Source: a bacterium UBP2_UBA2255
GTDB lineage: Bacteria; Edwardsbacteria; AC1; EtOH8
DNA length: 64,000 bases
Assembly (NCBI GenBank): GCA_002347565.1
Contig: DDXR01000076.1
Coordinates: forward strand, 42,006 to 106,005
Reading direction: 5' to 3'
Numbering within the stretch: position 1 is the first letter of the stretch; every line of letters begins with the position of its first letter. The notes under the pieces were generated by a model that saw only the letters and a list, made by a program, of their open reading frames with translations, was not told the origin of the DNA and did not search any database. Below, in pieces: positions 1 through 9,630 of the stretch. The position numbers and the translations under genes were made by a program.

Positions 1-699
1 GTGATCCGGGACATTTTCAGCTCCATTGCCCGAAAAACCTGTCGATACAACCTGCGCTGTCCCGATACATTGTTCGCAGTGAAGACGACCGGGCTTGAGC
101 TGGATAGCGCCTTGTACACGCGCGCCAATGCCATCATCGTGCCCGAGGGGGCTTTTGAGCTGAAACGATCCCAACTCGAACCAAGGATCATTCATCAGCT
201 GTTCCATGTGATCAGCCGGAATGATCCGGCACTGCGGGAACGGCTCTTCAACGTCGTACATTATCGCAGATGCCCGCCGTTGCGAATCCCCGCTGCCTAT
301 CGCACTACGGCTATCACAAATCCCGACTATCCCATCCACGATTACTATACGTCCGGCACCGGGAAAGATTCGCTCGTCGACATCATTCCGGTGACCATCG
401 CACGCCAGCACTATGGGCCAGCCGCGGCACAAAGCCGGTGGCGGGCGCGCACGACGAAATTTCTCGTCGTGCAACGCACCGTTTCAGAAACGGCAGCCCT
501 CTGTGACAACGATGGGCCGGTCGTCGCCGGCTTCGATCAACGGCCAGAGAACAATTTCGTACGGTATAAGAATATCTGGTCAAAAACCTACTGCCCGGAA
601 ACGATCATGGCGGAGTATTTCGCGATGATGGTCCAGGACGACACGACGACCGTGAACCAGTGGGTCGTTGATTCAATGAGGACGTTGTTCATGGAATAG
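1..699 (+). CDS. hypothetical protein, 5'-truncated at window edge
   Basis: Open frame of 232 codons with no stops on a GC-rich background. The opposite strand is stop-rich. No recognisable motif. Confidence 0.3.
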   Translation: MIRDIFSSIARKTCRYNLRCPDTLFAVKTTGLELDSALYTRANAIIVPEGAFELKRSQLEPRIIHQLFHVISRNDPALRERLFNVVHYRRCPPLRIPAAYRTTAITNPDYPIHDYYTSGTGKDSLVDIIPVTIARQHYGPAAAQSRWRARTTKFLVVQRTVSETAALCDNDGPVVAGFDQRPENNFVRYKNIWSKTYCPETIMAEYFAMMVQDDTTTVNQWVVDSMRTLFME

Positions 700-784
700 C
701 ACCGACCGTTGAGCCGATCACCCTGGTTTTCCCGGACCACGGGTCCCGGAACGATAGGTTTCCAGCATAATAGAGGAACCACCC

Positions 785-2842
785 ATGTTCAACCTCAAGA
801 AGTTCTACAAGCAGTACAACGACCCGGTCAAGGCCGGCTACCGCAAATCGCTGACCGAGGTCAGACGGATCGCCGCCCGCACCGAGAAGCCGCCCAAGGA
901 CCTGTCGCTGGCGCCCTACTACGCCTACTTCCACGAGGTGGCCGGCATCATCCTGAAGATGGCCGCCTACGGCGACGAGCTGCACTCCAAGGGCTACTTC
1001 GAAGCGACGCCGCTGGAGAAGCTGCGGGCCGAGAACGCCGCCCTGTTCGCGGAGCTGCTGCCGGAGAACTATCCGCGGACCTACGCCGACCCCGCCTTCT
1101 GCGTCAGTGAGTTCGGCGAGGGCATGGGGCAGCTGCTGTCGTACTTCTACCTAAAGTTCCGGGCCTACAGCCAGCACGCACTGCTGGGCAAGCTCTTCAA
1201 GATGGCGCAGTACAACCGGGCCTTCATCGGGGCCTTCGGCCTGCTGCGCGCCGGCGGCCCGCCTTTCGACGAGCTGCAGCGCACGGTCACCGCCCCCGAG
1301 CTCGCCGGCCTGGCCGAGGACCTGGCGCTCAGCCTGACCGAGGGCTACGACCCGGCCTTCACCTTCTTCGCCGACCTGGTGCGCACCGCCGACCTCTCCG
1401 ACCCGCGCTACCTGTTCCGCTACGGCCGCTCCATCAGCGATAACGAGCTTCGGACCGCGGCCTTCTTCCGCGACTACCCCGAGGCCAAGCTCCGGAAGCT
1501 GGCCCGGCTGATCGCCGGCGCCTACGTCACCGGATTCACCGCCCGCAACAAGGACCTCTCGGGCAAGACCACCGTCAACCTGGCGTTCTGCGCCGGCCAG
1601 GAGAAACTGGTGCGCTGCCTGGTGAAGGAGCTGAAGAAGCGCCGGCTGACCGCCCTGATCGGGCCGCCCCAGACCAGCAAGGTCAACGAGCAGTACGCCT
1701 ACGACCACCGCTTCGACACCGCGCTGTTCCTGGACCAAGGGTACGTCGACGAGGTCCACCAGGCCTACGAGCAGGCCTCCCAGCGCTGCCTGCCGCTGAT
1801 CAAGGCCCTCTCCGGCGTGATCGCCCTCACCAAGTTCGGCGAGCCGCCCTTCAAGCCCCAGAACAAGCCGCAGTGCCTGCGGTTCACGCCGGAGCAGCAG
1901 CAGCTCTACCAGGCCCACATCACCGGCCTGGCGCGGATCCAGGAGCAATACGCCCCGCGCAAGGAGCTGAGCTTCACCATCATCTCCTTCCCGGCGCCGG
2001 AGATCGGCAAGGATTTCGAGCGGATCTTCGAGGACGTGCTGGAGATCAACATGCTCGACCCCCGCAGGCACCAGAAGGTGCAGCAGCTGCTGATCGACGC
2101 CCTCGACCGCGCCGACCGCGTCCACGTCAAGGGCGCCGGCGCCAACCGCACCGACCTGACGGTGGCGCTGCCGCCGCTGGCCGACCCCGCCCGCCACACC
2201 AACTTCGAGAACTGCGGCGCCGACGTCAACATTCCGGTGGGCGAGGTCTTCACCTCGCCCCGGCTGGCCGGCACCGGCGGCCGTCTGCATGTGGCCGAGG
2301 CGTTCCTGGGCGGCCTGAAGTACGTCGACCTGACGCTGGACTTCACCGACGGCTACGTCACCGGCTACTCCTGCGGCAACTTCCCCACGCCGGAGGAGAA
2401 CCGGAAGTACATCGAGGAGAACCTGCTGTTCCCGCACACGACGCTGCCGATGGGCGAGTTCGCCATCGGCACCAACACCATGGCCTACGTGGCCGCCCGC
2501 CGGCACGGCATCCTGGACGTGCTGCCGGTGCTGATCATCGAGAAGATGGGGCCGCACTTCGCCATCGGCGACACCTGCTTCTCCCGCACCGAGGACCTGG
2601 CGGTGTTCAACCCCGACGGCAAGGAGATGACCGCCCGCCAGAACGAGAAGAGCGCCCTGCGCAAGACAGACCTGGAGCAGGCCTACACCCACAAGCACAC
2701 CGACATCACCCTGCCCTACGAGGAGATCGGCCTGATCGCCGCGCTGACGCCGGCCGGCGAACGGATCGACATCATCAAGAAGGGCCGGTTCGTGCTGCCC
2801 GGCACCCGCAAGCTCAACGCGCCGTTCAAGCAGCTGGGATGA
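785..2842 (+). CDS. putative aminopeptidase (M29/aminopeptidase-T-like)
   Basis: 685 aa. C-terminal motifs GEFAIGTN and HFAIGD resemble the AmpS/aminopeptidase T family. Clean start after a purine-rich stretch. Confidence 0.55.
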   Translation: MFNLKKFYKQYNDPVKAGYRKSLTEVRRIAARTEKPPKDLSLAPYYAYFHEVAGIILKMAAYGDELHSKGYFEATPLEKLRAENAALFAELLPENYPRTYADPAFCVSEFGEGMGQLLSYFYLKFRAYSQHALLGKLFKMAQYNRAFIGAFGLLRAGGPPFDELQRTVTAPELAGLAEDLALSLTEGYDPAFTFFADLVRTADLSDPRYLFRYGRSISDNELRTAAFFRDYPEAKLRKLARLIAGAYVTGFTARNKDLSGKTTVNLAFCAGQEKLVRCLVKELKKRRLTALIGPPQTSKVNEQYAYDHRFDTALFLDQGYVDEVHQAYEQASQRCLPLIKALSGVIALTKFGEPPFKPQNKPQCLRFTPEQQQLYQAHITGLARIQEQYAPRKELSFTIISFPAPEIGKDFERIFEDVLEINMLDPRRHQKVQQLLIDALDRADRVHVKGAGANRTDLTVALPPLADPARHTNFENCGADVNIPVGEVFTSPRLAGTGGRLHVAEAFLGGLKYVDLTLDFTDGYVTGYSCGNFPTPEENRKYIEENLLFPHTTLPMGEFAIGTNTMAYVAARRHGILDVLPVLIIEKMGPHFAIGDTCFSRTEDLAVFNPDGKEMTARQNEKSALRKTDLEQAYTHKHTDITLPYEEIGLIAALTPAGERIDIIKKGRFVLPGTRKLNAPFKQLG

Positions 2843-2849
2843 TCATAAA

Positions 2850-4199
2850 ATGATCCGGAGATGCATCTTCTCGCTGGCGATCGCCTTGCTCTCGGTCGTC
2901 CCCGCGGTTTTCGCCCAAAACACCGGCAAGATCGCGGGGACCGTCAAGGAAGATGGCACCTCTGAGCCGCTCACTGGTGCTGCCGTAACTATCCTTGGCA
3001 CTACATTGGGGGTCAATACGGACTTGGATGGCCGATTCGTATTAGTCAATGTACCGATAGGCGAATACACAGTAGAAGCACGGGTGGCTGGTTATCAGGA
3101 TAATAAAATACATCACGTACGCGTGCTACCTAGTCAGACCAGCTATATAATGTTCAAGCTATCATCTGTTCCTGCGCAAGTACAATTGGACATCAAGCCA
3201 TTGAGGGTTCGATCAGACAGCCTTGAACAAACCGTTATCACCCCATATCTAGAAGCGCCGATCGAACCGAATAGTAACTTAATATATTGCGCCACATTTC
3301 AGCTTGCATGGAACGAGTTAAAGGATAGCATCATCCGCCAGAATATCGAACTTGAGGGGGATCCAATCGAGGCACGATTGCTAAACAAACAGTTATTCGA
3401 CAAAAAATACCTCGACAGGAATTGTTACGTAGCCAGATCCGGGAAGTTGTCACGGTCAGTACTGGAAGACATCAATGGAGAACTGCATGATAAATTTGGG
3501 CAATTTGCGCCCGACAGCCTGAAAATACCTGTAAATCCGAATAACACGTCTTTTTTGTCATACGCCTTTCTCTATAAAAACCTCCGTTTCCCGCATAGAT
3601 TCAATTCGATCGATGGCACGATCCGCTTTGTTTTGCCGGATAGTTTCATCGACATAAAGTCTTTCGGCATTTCTGCGACCAATGAATCTATTGCCAAGCA
3701 ACTCCGGAAACAAGTATCTGTACTATACTATAATAGTAATGATGATTTTGCCGTGCGATTGCAGACCACTTCAAACAAGGACGAACTGATACTTGCGAAA
3801 ACAGAACATGCTTCGACCCTTTCCACAACTATTGAGAAGCTGGAGCAGAATATCAGGACCCACCGGACGTCTTCCCTTAATGAAGATGACGGGCTTGCTA
3901 TTCCATATATCGATTTCGATATTGACCATTCATACGAACAATTATCAAAGAGATATCTTCTTAATCCTGGGTGGCGGAGGTATTATATTGAAAGGGCTCT
4001 TCAGAGAATAAAATTCCAGCTTGATGAAGGCGGCGCCACGCTAGTTTCTACGGCAACAGTTACTATAATCAAAGGCATACCCCCAAGGCAATTTATCTTC
4101 AACAAACCATTCCTCGTCGTGCTCAAGCAGAAAGGCTGTGCTCATCCCTTTTTCGCCATGTGGGTGGCAAACCCCGAGCTTCTTGTTCTCGATAAGTGA
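2850..4199 (+). CDS. secreted serpin fused to an N-terminal carboxypeptidase-regulatory-like (CarbopepD) domain
   Basis: Signal peptide MIRRCIFSLAIALLSVVPAVFA. An N-terminal TGKIAGTVKEDG...VNVPIGEYTVEARVAGYQ beta-sandwich motif. Serpin hinge DEGGATLVSTATVT and C-terminal FNKPFLVVLKQKGCAHPFFAMWVANP, which matches the serpin consensus F-x-x-DHPFLF...GRV-NP. The body of the gene is AT-rich relative to its first ~45 codons. Confidence 0.8.
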   Translation: MIRRCIFSLAIALLSVVPAVFAQNTGKIAGTVKEDGTSEPLTGAAVTILGTTLGVNTDLDGRFVLVNVPIGEYTVEARVAGYQDNKIHHVRVLPSQTSYIMFKLSSVPAQVQLDIKPLRVRSDSLEQTVITPYLEAPIEPNSNLIYCATFQLAWNELKDSIIRQNIELEGDPIEARLLNKQLFDKKYLDRNCYVARSGKLSRSVLEDINGELHDKFGQFAPDSLKIPVNPNNTSFLSYAFLYKNLRFPHRFNSIDGTIRFVLPDSFIDIKSFGISATNESIAKQLRKQVSVLYYNSNDDFAVRLQTTSNKDELILAKTEHASTLSTTIEKLEQNIRTHRTSSLNEDDGLAIPYIDFDIDHSYEQLSKRYLLNPGWRRYYIERALQRIKFQLDEGGATLVSTATVTIIKGIPPRQFIFNKPFLVVLKQKGCAHPFFAMWVANPELLVLDK

Positions 4200-4591
4200 C
4201 CTCACTTACCGTCACAACCTCCGCTCGCGCGGAGCTGGTCGATATCACTGACCGGGTGCAACGCCTAGTCTTCGAGTCCGGGGTCAAGGACGGCCTGTGC
4301 CACGTGTGGGTGCCGCACACCACGGCCGGCCTGACCGTCAACGAGAACGCCGACCCCGACATCGCCCGCGACCTGCTGGCCGGGCTGGACCGCATCGCGC
4401 CCTGGGACGCGGGCTACGCCCACGGCGAGGGCAACTCGGCCGCGCACATCAAGTCGTCGCTGGTGGGCTGCGAGAAGACCCTGATCGTCCGGGAGGGGAA
4501 GCTGGCCCTCGGCACGTGGCAGGGGCTGTACTTCTGCGAGTTCGACGGTCCGCGGGAACGGCAGGTGTGGGTCCGGCTGGCCCCATGCTGA
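4196..4591 (+). CDS. YjbQ/UPF0047 family protein (secondary thiamine-phosphate synthase-like)
   Basis: 131 aa. The conserved pattern CHVWVPHTTAGLTVNENADPDI...HIKSSLVGCEKTLIV is typical of the family. GTG start overlaps the serpin stop (GTGA). Confidence 0.8.
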   Translation: MTSLTVTTSARAELVDITDRVQRLVFESGVKDGLCHVWVPHTTAGLTVNENADPDIARDLLAGLDRIAPWDAGYAHGEGNSAAHIKSSLVGCEKTLIVREGKLALGTWQGLYFCEFDGPRERQVWVRLAPC

Positions 4592-4625
4592 ACAGGGAAT
4601 ATCCCAACGGCCGGCGCAGTATATA

Positions 4626-5165
4626 GTGTCGGAACAGCAAAACGACCAACAGCTTATCGAGCGGGCGCTGGCCGGCGACGGCCCGGCCTACGGCCGGTTG
4701 GTGACCAAATATCAGCGGGCCATTTACGCCCTCGCCCGCCGGATGCTGCGCGATCACGACCTGGCCGACGAGGCCGCCCAGGAAACCTTCGTCAAGGCCT
4801 ATTTCGCGCTGAAGCAGTACGACTCCTCGTTCCGGTTCTACACCTGGCTGTCGCGGATCGCCTACAACCTGTGCTGCGACTCGCTGAAGGAACGAAAACG
4901 CATCATCCCGCTGGACGCGGCGCCCGAGCCGCAGTCGGGAGATGATCCGTTGGAGGAGACGGCGCAGAACGACACCTGCGCCCGGATCCGGGCCCAGATC
5001 GACCGTTTGCCGCACGACCAGCGCGCGGTGGTCCTGCTGCGGGCCGACAAGGAACTCTCCTACGAGGACATCAGCTCGGTGTTAAGGATCCCGATGGGCA
5101 CGGTGATGTCCCGGCTGCACCGCGCCCGCCAGGCCCTCTACGGGGCGCTCAAGGACGTCTTATGA
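4626..5165 (+). CDS. ECF-type RNA polymerase sigma-70 factor
   Basis: 179 aa. Sigma-70 region 2 (ERALAGDGPAYGRLVTKYQRAIYALARRML...ETFVKAY) and region 4 (LPHDQRAVVLLRADKELSYEDISSVLRIPMGTVMSRLHRAR). Confidence 0.9.
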   Translation: MSEQQNDQQLIERALAGDGPAYGRLVTKYQRAIYALARRMLRDHDLADEAAQETFVKAYFALKQYDSSFRFYTWLSRIAYNLCCDSLKERKRIIPLDAAPEPQSGDDPLEETAQNDTCARIRAQIDRLPHDQRAVVLLRADKELSYEDISSVLRIPMGTVMSRLHRARQALYGALKDVL

Positions 5166-6019
5166 AGGAACCGAAGGGACATAGCTACTCGTTCGAACAG
5201 CTGCAGGCCTTCGCCGACGGCGCGCTGGACGACGCCCTGGCGCGGGATATCGGGCGTCATCTGGCCGGCTGCGGCGAGTGCCGCGCGGCGGTGGACCGCC
5301 TGCGGGCGCTGGACGCCCGGATCGGCCAGGCGGAGTCGGCCGATGCGCCGGCCGGATACTTCGAGACATTCGGATCGCGCGTGGCCGGGCGGATCGCCGC
5401 GCGCCGGGCGGCAAAGGAGCGCCCGCTCTTCCGCTTCCCGCTCTGGGGGCTGATCCCGGCCGCCGCGGCCGCCGGACTGGTACTGGTCATCGCCCTGCGG
5501 ACGGAAACGCCGGTGCCCGAACTCACGGTCCGGCTTCCGCCGGCGACCCGCTTCGCTCGGACCGAAAGTGCACCCGCGACCGGCCTGGCCGGGTCGCCCG
5601 TAGCCGCTGCCGGCAAGATGTTGCCGGCCGTCGGACAGAAGGAGGCCCGCCATCACGATCCAGCGGCGGCGGATGCGCGCGAAGCTGACGCCGTACGAAC
5701 CGAACCGGCGTCGGACAGCCGGGCGAAACTGGCCGCCCCCGAGCCGCCGCTGACCGGCCCCTCGCCCGCCGCACCTACGGCCCTGCAGGCCCGCAGTGAA
5801 GCCGTCTCGCCTCCGGCGGCCGGCCCGGCCCGGGGAACGCCGCGCCGAGACTCCCGCATGGCCATTGCTGCCAGGACCGCCATCAAGGCCCGACTGCGCG
5901 CCCCTGCCGAGCCAGCCACCGCGCGCGCAATCGTGATCCACCTGCCCGATGGCGGCGCCTATTGCCCGGCGCCGGAGGTCGCCGCGGCCATCGCGATCGA
6001 GCTCCCGACAGACGATTGA
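5162..6019 (+). CDS. anti-sigma factor (zinc-finger HxxxCxxC type, single-pass membrane)
   Basis: ATGA overlap with the sigma gene. N-terminal HLAGCGECRAAVDRL motif. One TM segment LWGLIPAAAAAGLVLVIAL. Ala/Pro-rich periplasmic tail. Confidence 0.75.
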   Translation: MKEPKGHSYSFEQLQAFADGALDDALARDIGRHLAGCGECRAAVDRLRALDARIGQAESADAPAGYFETFGSRVAGRIAARRAAKERPLFRFPLWGLIPAAAAAGLVLVIALRTETPVPELTVRLPPATRFARTESAPATGLAGSPVAAAGKMLPAVGQKEARHHDPAAADAREADAVRTEPASDSRAKLAAPEPPLTGPSPAAPTALQARSEAVSPPAAGPARGTPRRDSRMAIAARTAIKARLRAPAEPATARAIVIHLPDGGAYCPAPEVAAAIAIELPTDD

Positions 6020-6056
6020 ACGGGCCGCGGCCATGCGGGGGCTGATGGATTTTCGC

Positions 6057-6086
6057 TTGACTTTTCGGGGCCAATTCCCGTATAGT
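6057..6086 (+). promoter_or_regulatory. candidate sigma-70 promoter (TTGACT-N18-TATAGT) for the response-regulator gene
   Basis: Hexamers ~10 nt upstream of the 6097 start. Shares the CGCTTGACTTTT extended -35 seen at four other intergenic sites. Confidence 0.4.
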
Positions 6087-6096
6087 TACATCTTAT

Positions 6097-6735
6097 ATGG
6101 CAGATTACAAGATACTGATCGCCGATGACGAGGCCAACATCGTCAAGATCCTGGAGTTCGAACTGAAGAAGAACAGCTACCAGGTCCTGACGGCGTTCGA
6201 CGGCGAGGAGGCCCTGTGGGTGGCCGAGCGCGACCACCCCGACCTCATCATTTCCGACATCATGATGCCCAAGATGGACGGCTACGAGCTGTGCCGCCGC
6301 GTCAAGGCCAATCCCGACCTGCGGGCGGTGCCGTTCCTGTTCCTGACCGCCAAGACCGGCATCGAAAACCGGATCCAGGGCTACGCCATCGGTGGCGAGA
6401 AGTACATCACCAAGCCCTGCAACCGCCAGGAACTGCTCAAGATCATCGACATGCGGTTGAAGCACGCGGACAAGGCAAAGAAGCTGTTCGCCGAAAAGGC
6501 CCGGAAGTTCCAGGGCGACCTGGCCATCATCTCGATCTTCTCGCTGCTGGACATGTTCTTCATGGGCGGCTGGTCCGGCTATATCGACCTCGCCTCCGGC
6601 GACGGCCAGACCGGACGGATCGAGCTGGAGAACGCCACGATCGGGATCTGCACGCTCAACGGCCAGTCGGAATCTGACACGCTCGCCAAGCTGCTGGCGT
6701 GGAACCAGGGGACGTTCCTGGCCGAGCACGAGTGA
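6097..6735 (+). CDS. response regulator receiver protein with C-terminal DUF4388 domain
   Basis: CheY-like receiver (ILIADDE...DLIISDIMMPKMDG...FLFLTAK) followed by DLAIISIFSLLDMFFMGGWSGYIDL, characteristic of DUF4388. Confidence 0.8.
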   Translation: MADYKILIADDEANIVKILEFELKKNSYQVLTAFDGEEALWVAERDHPDLIISDIMMPKMDGYELCRRVKANPDLRAVPFLFLTAKTGIENRIQGYAIGGEKYITKPCNRQELLKIIDMRLKHADKAKKLFAEKARKFQGDLAIISIFSLLDMFFMGGWSGYIDLASGDGQTGRIELENATIGICTLNGQSESDTLAKLLAWNQGTFLAEHE

Positions 6736-6770
6736 CCGCCCGGCCCCGGCAACAGGGAAGAGGCCCCGCT

Positions 6771-7697
6771 CTACTGAGCGGGGCCTCTTCCCTGCCGGGC
6801 CACTCCGGCCAGATGCCTCCAAACGGCTTGGCCGCAGTTGCTGCCGATCTCGTTCTCGGCGGGGTCGCCGACCGAGACGATAACATCGAATCCGCGCCGG
6901 CTCAGTTCCCCGGCCTTGGCCTCCAGCAGGATCCCGGCCGCCGGCGCGCATCCCGCGTCCGGCAGGCCGTTGTCGGATGCCGCAGCCGTGGGGTTGAGCG
7001 GCGTCAGCTTGACCGCGAACCACCGCGGGTCGAACCACCGGGCGAGCTTGGCGGCGTCGAGCTCCCACTCGCCGCAGACCGCGAAGTTCAGCGCCGGCTT
7101 GCGCAGGCCGGGGCGGTAGAAACTGCGCCCGATCAGCGCCAGTTCCCGCCAGTCCATCTTGGGGTACGGCATCAGCCGGTCGCGCTGGGCCGGATCAGTG
7201 CTGTTGATCGAGAACTGCAGCTGGAAATCGCGGAAGTAGTCGCGCAGGCCCAGCAGGGTCGAGAACCAGCGCCGGCGATCCGCCGGTCCGACCGTGGCCA
7301 CGCAGGGGATCACTCCCGGATACCGTTCCTTCAGCCGCCACAGCGCCCTGAGCACCTCGCTGTTGAGCGCCGGCTCCCCCATGCGGGCGAACTGGACCTT
7401 GAACTTGGCGCTGGATGCCGGGTCCCGTCCGTTGGCGGCGACCACCCGGTCGACCTGTGCCAGGATCTCCGCGTCCGACAGGTTTCCCTGGAAGCGCCGG
7501 CCGGCGTCGCACATCTGGCAGTTCACCGGGCACCCCAGCTGGGTGGATACGATCACCACCCATTTTTGATCTCGGCCGCCCAGGTCCGGATCGCAGGCGT
7601 CGACGAATTCCACCAGCAGGTTCGGGTCGCCCCGCACCGATGCCAGGTAAACCTCGGCCAGCCCGTGGCGGCCGGTCTTGTCCATGACCGTCAGCAT
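6771..7697 (-). CDS. radical SAM domain protein
   Basis: CPVNCQMCDAG matches the CxxxCxxC cluster motif. 308 aa. Confidence 0.8.
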   Translation of the reverse strand: MLTVMDKTGRHGLAEVYLASVRGDPNLLVEFVDACDPDLGGRDQKWVVIVSTQLGCPVNCQMCDAGRRFQGNLSDAEILAQVDRVVAANGRDPASSAKFKVQFARMGEPALNSEVLRALWRLKERYPGVIPCVATVGPADRRRWFSTLLGLRDYFRDFQLQFSINSTDPAQRDRLMPYPKMDWRELALIGRSFYRPGLRKPALNFAVCGEWELDAAKLARWFDPRWFAVKLTPLNPTAAASDNGLPDAGCAPAAGILLEAKAGELSRRGFDVIVSVGDPAENEIGSNCGQAVWRHLAGVARQGRGPAQ

Positions 7698-8551
7698 GCC
7701 CCCCGCCCCCCCAGATATGCGTGCGCCATCATCGCCTTGTCCACGCCGTCGCCGAAGGCGATGGCTGCCTGGCGGCGGCGGCCGGCGACGGCGTCGCCGG
7801 CGATGTGCAGGCCCCGTCCCAGCCGCCGCCGCGCCGAAGCCGTCAGCGCGGGAAGCGACGGCTCGCCGCCGATCGCGACCAGGACTGCGTCGGCCCTGGT
7901 CCTACCCCGCGGCGTGACCAGCGCCACCCCGCGGGTACCCGACGTTTCGATGCGCGACACCGGGCGATTCAGCCTCAGCCGGACGCCCAGCGAGCGGGCC
8001 AGCGAAACCAATCCCGCATGCGCCCGGGGCCGGCCGCCGCGGCACAGCACCGTGACCGCGGCGCCATGCTCGGCCAGCGAGCAGGCCTGGTCGAAGGCCG
8101 TCTCGCCGGCGCCGACCACCGCGGTCCGCATGCCGCGATGTACCTTGATGTCATTCCACCGGTAATGGACCGAGCCGGCCGCCGCGGGAGCCAGCGGAAC
8201 GGCCAGCGGCAGCGGGCGCACCCCGGTCGCGACGACCACGGCGCGGCAGCGGTATTCCGCCGCCGCGGTCCGCACGATGAAATGCTGGCCGGCCCGAGCG
8301 ACCTGCAGGCACTCCTGATGCGCGATGCGCACGCCCGACCGCCGCGCCTGGCACCGCAGCCCCTGCACGATAACCGCACCGGAGAGCCATCCGCCGGCGG
8401 GCCAAGGGAAGTTACCGACCCGGCGGGCCAGGTTCAGCCGGCCGCCGACCCTCTCCTTTTCCAGCACCAGCGCGTCCAGGCCGGCCTGTTTCGCCTGCAG
8501 CGCCGCGCCCAGGCCGGCCGGTCCCGCCCCGATCACGATCACGTCGCGCAT
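7691..8551 (-). CDS. FAD-dependent pyridine nucleotide-disulfide oxidoreductase (thioredoxin reductase-like)
   Basis: Start chosen at MRDVIVIGAGPAGLGAALQ (GxGxxG FAD fold). Second dinucleotide motif AVVGAGETAFD. The upstream ORF extension has non-coding composition. 7-nt overlap with the radical SAM gene. Confidence 0.75.
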   Translation of the reverse strand: MRDVIVIGAGPAGLGAALQAKQAGLDALVLEKERVGGRLNLARRVGNFPWPAGGWLSGAVIVQGLRCQARRSGVRIAHQECLQVARAGQHFIVRTAAAEYRCRAVVVATGVRPLPLAVPLAPAAAGSVHYRWNDIKVHRGMRTAVVGAGETAFDQACSLAEHGAAVTVLCRGGRPRAHAGLVSLARSLGVRLRLNRPVSRIETSGTRGVALVTPRGRTRADAVLVAIGGEPSLPALTASARRRLGRGLHIAGDAVAGRRRQAAIAFGDGVDKAMMAHAYLGGRGAC

Positions 8552-9120
8552 GGCATCGCGCCCAGCAGGCCGGCGGTGGTGGCGACGCGGGCGAATCCGT
8601 GCCGCAGGCAACGCAGCGCGGCCCGGTGGTATCCCGCGTCCTTGGAGCAGCAGGCGTCGCCGGCGATCACCGGCCGGTAGCCCAGCATGAACCCGTGCCG
8701 GGCCGTGGTATCGACGCAGAGGTGGGTCATCACGCCGCACAGGACGATGTCCCGGACTCCCTTTCTCTTCAGCAACACGGTCAGGCCCGTTCCCATGAAC
8801 GCGGAGTAATGTTCCTTCTTGATCACGGTTTCGCCGACCCGGCGGTCCAGTCCCGGGTACGGATCGGACTCCGCTCCGGCGGGCAGATGCTTCCAGCGTG
8901 CCGCCATCAGGTTCTTCCCGTCGCCGGGCCGGCAGTGCACCGTGTAGATGACCGGCCAGCCGGCCTTCCGGGCGGCCGCTACCAGCCGGTTGATCCGCGG
9001 CAGCAGCGCCGGAGTGCCGCGCAGGAACGCCGGCGACCGGCGGTCAAAGAAATAGTTCTGGACATCGACCACCAGCAGGGCGGATCCGACGCGGCCGATG
9101 CCGCTGCTCCCTTTTCGCAT
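8539..9120 (-). CDS. isochorismatase-family cysteine hydrolase
   Basis: LLVVDVQNYFF...VIYTVH...LCGVMTHLCVDTTARHG match the catalytic D/K/C triad context. Start placed at MRKGSS. An alternative TTG start lies 15 nt upstream. Confidence 0.8.
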   Translation of the reverse strand: MRKGSSGIGRVGSALLVVDVQNYFFDRRSPAFLRGTPALLPRINRLVAAARKAGWPVIYTVHCRPGDGKNLMAARWKHLPAGAESDPYPGLDRRVGETVIKKEHYSAFMGTGLTVLLKRKGVRDIVLCGVMTHLCVDTTARHGFMLGYRPVIAGDACCSKDAGYHRAALRCLRHGFARVATTAGLLGAMPCAT

Positions 9121-9244
9121 AGAAAAACCACCCAAACGCCCATAACGGGGTCTGGGTGGTTCGAAACGGTTCGAAGCCTAGTTCATGACCGGGAGGATTA
9201 TACCACGGGGACCGGGTCCCTGTCAAATCGTTGGATCAATGGGA

Positions 9245-9604
9245 TCATTCCTCCATGCCGAACGGCTGCTTGGGAAGGTAGCTGTGGACCTTGGCCACGT
9301 AGCCGTCGCCCAGCGGGATCGTCATGAAGTGGAAATAGCGCTCGCCGGCATCGATCATGCCCCGGTGGTGTTTGCCGTCCTGCAGGGTCTGGGCCATCGG
9401 GCATCCCTGGTGCGGTTTGCCGTTCCCGGTGACATCGTAGCACTTCATGCCGTCGATGGCGGGGAATTCCTTGAACTCCTCGCCGAAGGCGCGGTTGTGC
9501 CAGACGATGGTGAACGACCGGTCCAGGATCATCATCGCCAGGTCGGGCGAATCCAGCAGGGTTCGTTGCAGCCGTGCGACCAGCGCGCTGCGGTCGATCG
9601 CCAT
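9245..9604 (-). CDS. PAS domain protein
   Basis: 119 aa. The MMILDRSFTIVWHNRAFGEEF pattern is typical of a PAS fold. Confidence 0.6.
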   Translation of the reverse strand: MAIDRSALVARLQRTLLDSPDLAMMILDRSFTIVWHNRAFGEEFKEFPAIDGMKCYDVTGNGKPHQGCPMAQTLQDGKHHRGMIDAGERYFHFMTIPLGDGYVAKVHSYLPKQPFGMEE

Positions 9605-9630
9605 GGCTTCCTCCTCGTGTCGTGCGACGG

